Shown one piece after another: positions 58,564-64,000 of a DNA stretch of 64,000 nucleotides. Position 1 is the first letter of the stretch; every line of letters begins with the position of its first letter. The position numbers and the translations under genes were made by a program. A model generated the notes under the pieces. That model saw nothing but the letters and a program-made list of their open reading frames with translations. It had not been told where the DNA came from and did no database searches. Source of the DNA: a virus (taxonomy: Duplodnaviria; Heunggongvirae; Uroviricota; Caudoviricetes); IMG/VR virus record IMGVR_UViG_3300039208_000529, positions 48,443-112,442 of that record. The stretch is one strand, 5' to 3'.

Positions 58564-58716
58564 ATGCCAGAACAAAGAGAAGTAGAAATATGGAAATGTG
58601 ACAATTGCGGCCATATTGACCATTTTGAAAAAGAGGTATTATGCTGGCAATGTAATGGTGCTGGAGAAATGATTTTTCAAGGCAAGCAATGGGTTGATGT
58701 AAAGGAGGAGGGATAA
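58564..58716 (+). CDS. 50-aa rubredoxin-like zinc ribbon protein not in the ORF track
   Basis: MPEQREVEIWKCDNCGH...LCWQCNG...; AGGA upstream. Confidence 0.6.
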   Translation: MPEQREVEIWKCDNCGHIDHFEKEVLCWQCNGAGEMIFQGKQWVDVKEEG

Positions 58717-58717
58717 T

Positions 58718-59104
58718 ATGTGTGACCTTAGAAATATTGTGGCAATTAGATTGGATGACGGCACGATTGAACGCTATGATAGCGGTGTACCTGCTGCATA
58801 TTTCAGTGCCGAATTTGCCAAAGAGCAAAATGAGCTATCTGTTTCCGAAGTAACTAAACCTGGATTATACCGATGTAGTGCTGCTCCATGCTGTGGAGCT
58901 GGCTTCAGATATTTTGATGGGTCCTCTTGGATTGAAGAAGGCAGCGGCTGGAAAGTTAAAGAATTACTTATCGAAGAGAGTGCTTGCAATACAGCTTTCC
59001 AGATGATGATACATCACGGTTTAAAATGTGAACACGTTGAGATAGATGACTATAGTCAATTGCCTGAAAAATATACTATTAGAGTGGTGATGAAGGATGA
59101 ATAA
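58718..59104 (+). CDS. hypothetical protein
   Basis: Strong GGAGGAGGG RBS; 128 aa. Confidence 0.65.
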   Translation: MCDLRNIVAIRLDDGTIERYDSGVPAAYFSAEFAKEQNELSVSEVTKPGLYRCSAAPCCGAGFRYFDGSSWIEEGSGWKVKELLIEESACNTAFQMMIHHGLKCEHVEIDDYSQLPEKYTIRVVMKDE

Positions 59105-60176
59105 AACAGCTTTGATTAGTGGCGTTAGTGGCCAAGACGGTTATTATCTGTCTAAATATCTATTGGATTTGGGATATCGTGTCGTTGGTATAGTTCGAAG
59201 AACGTCCACACCAAATGATACTCGTCTTAGAACTCTAAAAGGCACGCCGAACTTCGTTCTTGTAGACGGCGACATTACTGATATTTCTTCTATTCAAAGA
59301 CTGGTTAAAACATTTCAACCAGACGAGTTTTACCATCTTGCGGCCCAATCTCATGTAGCCTTGTCCTGGGAATATCCCATTCAAACCGCTGAGACTACTG
59401 GAATTGGTGTTTTGAATTGCCTTGAAGCTTTGAAACAAGAGAAACCAGACTGTCGTTTCTATTTTGCTGGTAGTAGCGAACAGTTTGGTAACAGTATACA
59501 AGGCAAGTTTAAAGTATTTGTTCCTGGCTTAGGATACAAAGGATTGGGAGTAAGGCGAGAACCAGGAGAAGTGCTTTTGAATGAAGATTCTTTAATGAAT
59601 CCTGAGTCTCCTTATGCTGCCGCTAAAGTGTTTGGATATAATATTACGCAAGTTTATAGACGTTCATATGACATGTTTGCAAGCTGTGGAATATTGTTCA
59701 ATCATGAGTCTCCCTTGCGGGGAGAAAACTTTGTTACTAGAAAGATAACAAGTCAACTTGCTCGTGTCAAATGGGGGCTGCAAGAATATGTCGAATTGGG
59801 TAATTTAAACTCTTATCGCGACTGGGGTTTTGCGGGTGATTATGTTCGTGCAATGCATGCCATGTTGCAGCACGACGAACCAGATGATTTTGTTATTGCT
59901 ACTGGAGAAACATATTCGGTGCAAGAGTTTGTAAGCCGTGCCTGTAATTATTTTCAGCTTGATCCTCATAAAGTAATTAAAATTAATCCTAAATTTATTC
60001 GACCAAAAGATGTAGATGTATTAATAGGAAACTCAGAAAAAGCTAGACAAATTCTCAATTGGACGCCAAAATATACTTTTGAGGAGCTTGTACAAATGAT
60101 GTGCAAGTATGACGATCATAGACAGTCTACGGATCCTCAAATGGTTCGTATGGCTGATGAGTATTTGGGAGGATAG
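59097..60176 (+). CDS. gmd: GDP-mannose 4,6-dehydratase
   Basis: ISGVSGQDG.YL, LAAQSHV, SPYAAAK, GILFNHESPLRGENFVTRKIT, GNL...RDWG. Confidence 0.96.
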   Translation: MNKTALISGVSGQDGYYLSKYLLDLGYRVVGIVRRTSTPNDTRLRTLKGTPNFVLVDGDITDISSIQRLVKTFQPDEFYHLAAQSHVALSWEYPIQTAETTGIGVLNCLEALKQEKPDCRFYFAGSSEQFGNSIQGKFKVFVPGLGYKGLGVRREPGEVLLNEDSLMNPESPYAAAKVFGYNITQVYRRSYDMFASCGILFNHESPLRGENFVTRKITSQLARVKWGLQEYVELGNLNSYRDWGFAGDYVRAMHAMLQHDEPDDFVIATGETYSVQEFVSRACNYFQLDPHKVIKINPKFIRPKDVDVLIGNSEKARQILNWTPKYTFEELVQMMCKYDDHRQSTDPQMVRMADEYLGG

Positions 60177-60177
60177 A

Positions 60178-60852
60178 ATGTCGGAAGAAGAGCATGAAAT
60201 CACACAAAGAGAAAAAGATGCTTGGAAAGCCAGTAAAGAAATAAAACCACGTAAGAGAGAATCTTTGAGCCGTGAGCAAACTAAGGTATTTCTTAAGCTG
60301 TTGTCTGAATTACGGAGTCCTGTATATTTTGAGAGAGATTTGGGACTTAGTAAAAGAGATGTCGAGTATTACAAGCGTGAACTTAATATTTCCTCACAAG
60401 ATGAAGCTAGGAGAATGCTTAAGAGGGTTCAAGCAGAGGAAGACAAACGGAAGGACGAGTGGATTCAGGAAAATGTACGTCAGCAGCGAGATGCAGAGCG
60501 TATTGCTAACATTCGTTTACAAGAATTCGAGAGAAAAAAAGAAGCCGATCGTATTGCTCGACGTGAAGCAGCTTTACACAACTTAGATCCAGTAGCTATC
60601 AAGCTTGAAGATAAAGAACGTCAAAAGCGACTTGAGTCTCAGGAGTTAGAAAAACTTCACAGCGTTCGTAATGATTGGAGACTTCCGCTAACTGGAATCA
60701 ATGATGATGAAAAAATCAATCTCTTTAGAAATGATATTATTAACCATGGCATAAGCTTCTGCGTTAATAAATATTCTGCTTCGCCTCAGGCTATTAAATC
60801 CGAAGCTATCAGACTGAGCTTAAAGATTAATTGGGATACAGTCAAGAGATAA
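60178..60852 (+). CDS. charged coiled-coil hypothetical protein
   Basis: GGAGG RBS before 60178; E/K/R-rich helix. Confidence 0.6.
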   Translation: MSEEEHEITQREKDAWKASKEIKPRKRESLSREQTKVFLKLLSELRSPVYFERDLGLSKRDVEYYKRELNISSQDEARRMLKRVQAEEDKRKDEWIQENVRQQRDAERIANIRLQEFERKKEADRIARREAALHNLDPVAIKLEDKERQKRLESQELEKLHSVRNDWRLPLTGINDDEKINLFRNDIINHGISFCVNKYSASPQAIKSEAIRLSLKINWDTVKR

Positions 60853-61568
60853 TGGACAAGAAGAAGTTAGCTGCTCTTTATAAAGAAATGTCTATTGCTC
60901 AAGTTGCTGATCATCTTGGTGTAGCACGCTCAACCGTTTATCATTATCTTGTTAAATTTGGTATTAAGATACGAAGCAAAAGTGATGCACAGCGGAAGCA
61001 TCTTGCAGACTTTCCGCATCAAAGACTTGGTAACAAACATAAAGAAGAAACTAAAAAACAGATATCCGCCTCTAGTAAAAAGTTTTGGGAGAGTCAAGGT
61101 GGTAAAAATCAAAAAGATAGATTGGCTAAACTTCGTAAGAAAGAGTGGAATAACAGCTCTAAGAAAAAACGAAGTAACAAGATCTCGCTTATGAATCAAG
61201 CGAAACGACCAACTCCTGGATCTCTCTCAAAGTTTGGGCTTAGATTTGCCGATTATCTTCGAACGCACGAATCTAGAGTAGATACATGTATTCCGTTGAC
61301 AGCTAAGCATGTTTCTGACATAGTGTTAGAGGATAGAAAGATAGTCATTGAGCTGGTAATGCCAGTATCGGTATATGGAGAAGAAGCCGCTAGAAAACTA
61401 TCTAAGACGTATGAACGCTTATGTAGAGAACTGAACAAGTCTGGCTATCGAGTGGCAATTGTGGAAGATAAATCGAATTCTGTTTCAAATGCTCGCTGTG
61501 AAAGACTGTATGAGAAACTGGTAAGGTTTTTCGGAAGTAAGAAACAAAAAATAACAATAAAATCATGA
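60852..61568 (+). CDS. HTH + NUMOD3-like + degenerate DUF559-like domain (homing-endonuclease-like)
   Basis: SIAQVADHLGVARSTV HTH; GNKHKEETKKQIS NUMOD3-like; DIVLEDRKIVIEL. Confidence 0.6.
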   Translation: MDKKKLAALYKEMSIAQVADHLGVARSTVYHYLVKFGIKIRSKSDAQRKHLADFPHQRLGNKHKEETKKQISASSKKFWESQGGKNQKDRLAKLRKKEWNNSSKKKRSNKISLMNQAKRPTPGSLSKFGLRFADYLRTHESRVDTCIPLTAKHVSDIVLEDRKIVIELVMPVSVYGEEAARKLSKTYERLCRELNKSGYRVAIVEDKSNSVSNARCERLYEKLVRFFGSKKQKITIKS

Positions 61569-62218
61569 GTAGTAGAAAAGACACTAATTGGGAAGAGCAT
61601 CTTCTCGAAGATGAAATAGTCGTAAAAGAAGGCAAGAAGATTGTTAAACTTGTTGGATTGCAACGACTAGCTGAACAAGCTGGACTCATTCGAAGTAGCT
61701 GCACTTTGCAGCATATTCCCGGTAAAAACTTAGGTATTGTCCAATGCATTTATACCACAGAATTTGAAGATGGATTTGTCTCTGTAGGTACTGGCGACTG
61801 CAATGAATTGAATACCGATCAAGAGTTTGTCTGTTATCCAACAGCAATTGCTGAATCTCGTGCTGAATCTCGTTCTCTTAAGAAGGCTTTAGGTATTCGT
61901 CTTCTTACGGCAGAAGAGATTGGGTTTCAAAATGTCGATAGCATGGAGACTTCTCCAAACAAACCAATAGCTGAAAATGTTGTAAAAGCAATTCAGGTAT
62001 TATGCGAAGAGAAAAATATCGAACAAGTTGCCGTTGTAGAGTCGGTAGTAAAAGACAAAGAACGTGCTATTGCTATCTATGAACTTTCTCAGTTAACTAA
62101 CGAGGAAGGACAACGTGCTTTAGAATTTTTAAATGGAAAAAAGTCTGCTGGCTCTAAAAAAACGACCAGTAGATCTGAAAGAAAACAAGAGCTGTTAGAC
62201 AAAAAGAAAGGCACATAA
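61565..62218 (+). CDS. hypothetical protein, possibly Rad52/22-like single-strand annealing protein
   Basis: AIAESRAESRSLKKALGI...AEEI resembles the SSAP C-terminal helix motif; weak. Confidence 0.4.
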   Translation: MSSRKDTNWEEHLLEDEIVVKEGKKIVKLVGLQRLAEQAGLIRSSCTLQHIPGKNLGIVQCIYTTEFEDGFVSVGTGDCNELNTDQEFVCYPTAIAESRAESRSLKKALGIRLLTAEEIGFQNVDSMETSPNKPIAENVVKAIQVLCEEKNIEQVAVVESVVKDKERAIAIYELSQLTNEEGQRALEFLNGKKSAGSKKTTSRSERKQELLDKKKGT

Positions 62219-62219
62219 G

Positions 62220-62579
62220 ATGAAAGTTAGTTATACAACAGCAAACAGAAGAATGACAGTAGAACTAGAGGGAGACACACAGAAATCTGTGTTTGAAGCT
62301 ATCTCTCAATTTCAGGAGGTTTTTGAAGAGACTGCATGCGGCAAATGCGACAGCGAGAGAGTAAGATTTATCGTTCGGGAAGTAGACGGAAATCAGTATT
62401 TTGAACTGCGTTGCCTAGATTGTGGAGCACGTCTTGCCTTCGGGCAACATCGTCAGGGTGGAAGTTTATTCCCTGTTCGAAAAGCCGGCAAAGATGATAA
62501 ATCTGGCCTTGAAGAAGGTACTTGGCTTCCCAGTGGGGGCTGGATGCGTTGGGATAATAAGCAAGGAAAAACTGTATGA
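62220..62579 (+). CDS. zinc-ribbon hypothetical protein
   Basis: CGKC...CLDCGA. Confidence 0.65.
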   Translation: MKVSYTTANRRMTVELEGDTQKSVFEAISQFQEVFEETACGKCDSERVRFIVREVDGNQYFELRCLDCGARLAFGQHRQGGSLFPVRKAGKDDKSGLEEGTWLPSGGWMRWDNKQGKTV

Positions 62580-62965
62580 ATTTGTCATTTAGTGAATATC
62601 AAAAACGAGCTATTAGTACAGCCATTTATAGAGAGAGTAATGACGATTTGGTTCATCATTTGACTGGTGGACAGTATAATGGTCAAATTTCTCAGTTGTT
62701 AAATATGTTATACGCTAGTCTCGGACTTGGCGAAGTTGGAGAATTACAAGGAAAAGTTAAAAAAATCATTAGGGATAGCGGTGGCCATATTTCAGATGAA
62801 ACTAGAGCCGCTATCTCTAAAGAGCTTGGTGATGTTTTATGGTATCTTTCAGTGACGGCTTCAGAATTTGACTTGGATCTTGGAAGTATTGCTGAGCAAA
62901 ACTTGGACAAGCTTGCTAACCGTAAAGAGCGTGGCACTTTAAAGGGAAGTGGCGATAATAGATGA
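62576..62965 (+). CDS. MazG-like NTP pyrophosphohydrolase (second copy)
   Basis: GEVGELQGKVKK..RD...KELGDVLWY...N..KL..R..RG...GSGDNR. Confidence 0.88.
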   Translation: MNLSFSEYQKRAISTAIYRESNDDLVHHLTGGQYNGQISQLLNMLYASLGLGEVGELQGKVKKIIRDSGGHISDETRAAISKELGDVLWYLSVTASEFDLDLGSIAEQNLDKLANRKERGTLKGSGDNR

Positions 62966-63255
62966 GTCCTTTTGAAGGAAAAGAATTAAGAGCCCGATGG
63001 TGCCCTCAATGTGATAAACAAAGACTTCTTAAGCCTCTTGATAAAGAGGTAAGTTACAATAAAGAAGAATTTGAGACAAGAGACGGCTCTAAAGTTAGTC
63101 TATTCACTGATATATGTGAGTATTGCCAAGTAAGGAACTTTAGAAAATATTTTGAGCCGACGAAAGCAGACGCAAAGAAGGTTATGAAAGCTTTAAAAGA
63201 AGCTACCGAAGGTGATAATCCTCAAGATGAAACATCTCTCGAAGAAATGCTCTAA
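62962..63255 (+). CDS. zinc-ribbon hypothetical protein
   Basis: WCPQC...CEYC. Confidence 0.6.
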   Translation: MSPFEGKELRARWCPQCDKQRLLKPLDKEVSYNKEEFETRDGSKVSLFTDICEYCQVRNFRKYFEPTKADAKKVMKALKEATEGDNPQDETSLEEML

Positions 63256-63451
63256 TGAATTAGTAGAGTGGGCAAAGAATTTATTAGAAAACCCACCAGG
63301 CCCGAAAAACACCTTCGGAATAATTAATGCTACTATTTCTATGTTTCCTCCTGCCCCTGACAATAGGGTCAATAATTTTACTGGAACTTTAAACTTTCCG
63401 AGTGGAATAGTAGAAATACGAGACACAATCGGGGAATGGCGAAGCACGTAA
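63212..63451 (+). CDS. hypothetical protein (start uncertain)
   Basis: 79-aa ORF containing WAKNLL near the N-terminus. Confidence 0.5.
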   Translation: MIILKMKHLSKKCSNELVEWAKNLLENPPGPKNTFGIINATISMFPPAPDNRVNNFTGTLNFPSGIVEIRDTIGEWRST

Positions 63452-64000
63452 ATTATTGGTTTGAAACCTGTCCGCCTAAAATTAAGGTGTCTGCTGGATT
63501 AATTGGTTCCGCAGACATTTTAATTATTGGAGGCGGCGTAAGTGGCATAACTTTGTTAGCTCATTTGCTTAGAGCTGGTATACAAAATGTATATCTTGTT
63601 GAAGAAAACACTATAGCTTTTCATGCTTCTGGTCGAAGTTCTGGACAAATTATGCTCAGAGGCGGTAAAAGCTTTACTGAGTTCGAAAAATCTATTGGGA
63701 CAAATGCTACAATAGAATATATTAAATTCATATCTCAGAACGCAAAAAGGTTTGTAAAGGCTCTAGAGGGAGTTAAGTTTGATACTGATCTTAATGTGAA
63801 CGGCGGCATTCATTTAGCAGTCGATGATCAAGAGCTTTCCGTTCTAAAGCGTGAGTATGAGCTGATAGATAAAGCTAATGCTGGAATAGTACCGGCAATG
63901 CTATCAGAAAAAGATGTGTTTAATCTAATTCCATCAAAAAAATCTTTCAAGGGAGGGTTATTTATTCCTGCTGAGGCAACCATTAACCCTTATAAGGTAG
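63436..64000 (+). CDS. FAD-dependent oxidoreductase, DAO/PuuB-like (partial, runs off window)
   Basis: Own translation: MAKHVNYWF...DILIIGGGVSG...YLVEE...ASGRSSG; Rossmann GxGxxG. Confidence 0.85.
   Translation, partial: MAKHVNYWFETCPPKIKVSAGLIGSADILIIGGGVSGITLLAHLLRAGIQNVYLVEENTIAFHASGRSSGQIMLRGGKSFTEFEKSIGTNATIEYIKFISQNAKRFVKALEGVKFDTDLNVNGGIHLAVDDQELSVLKREYELIDKANAGIVPAMLSEKDVFNLIPSKKSFKGGLFIPAEATINPYKV

Noticed and set aside
1071-63447. Minus-strand and short alternative-frame ORFs in the track (e.g. 6502-, 36755-, 42939-, 58556-)
   Set aside because: They overlap well-supported + strand genes almost entirely and show no recognisable motifs; treated as shadow ORFs.
1-64000. tRNA genes, rRNA and CRISPR arrays
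   Set aside because: Intergenic space is minimal; no cloverleaf/T-loop signature or spaced direct repeats were seen.
1-64000. Alternative genetic code (stop codon recoding)
   Set aside because: Conserved genes are intact under code 11, and TAA, TAG and TGA all terminate genes at coupled junctions.

Overview
Segment of a large tailed (jumbo/huge-type) phage genome: AT-rich, standard genetic code, densely packed, and essentially all real genes on the + strand. It has three modules. (1) 1-21.7 kb, tail/virion module: a 1708-aa tape measure protein, tail-tip-like proteins, a multi-LamG/Gly-repeat/PKD adhesin whose fourth LamG domain is split by a 1-nt frameshift, and a sulfotransferase plus an FkbM methyltransferase embedded among the structural genes. 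It ends at a strong terminator. (2) 21.8-33 kb, replication/expression module behind a near-consensus sigma70 promoter: RecA, DnaB, DnaG, Fe-S PD-(D/E)XK nuclease, ClpP, DnaE and a phage sigma factor. (3) 33-60 kb, glycan biosynthesis island: about 13 glycosyltransferase-like genes, 4 SAM methyltransferases, gmd, fcl, a cupin, a BcbE-like nucleotidyltransferase, HADs and a GuaB/GuaC-family enzyme, interleaved with small hypothetical genes and followed by accessory genes. Best candidate novel system: a phage-autonomous virion O-glycosylation pathway. The putative exposed tail proteins, but not the tape measure or enzymes, are strongly enriched in Ser-Gly-[ILV] motifs. A recurrent W-A-x-x-L-L terminal helix is also shared by six unrelated proteins. 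No tRNA, CRISPR array or intein was seen. All family calls come from motif recognition by eye, not from database searches.
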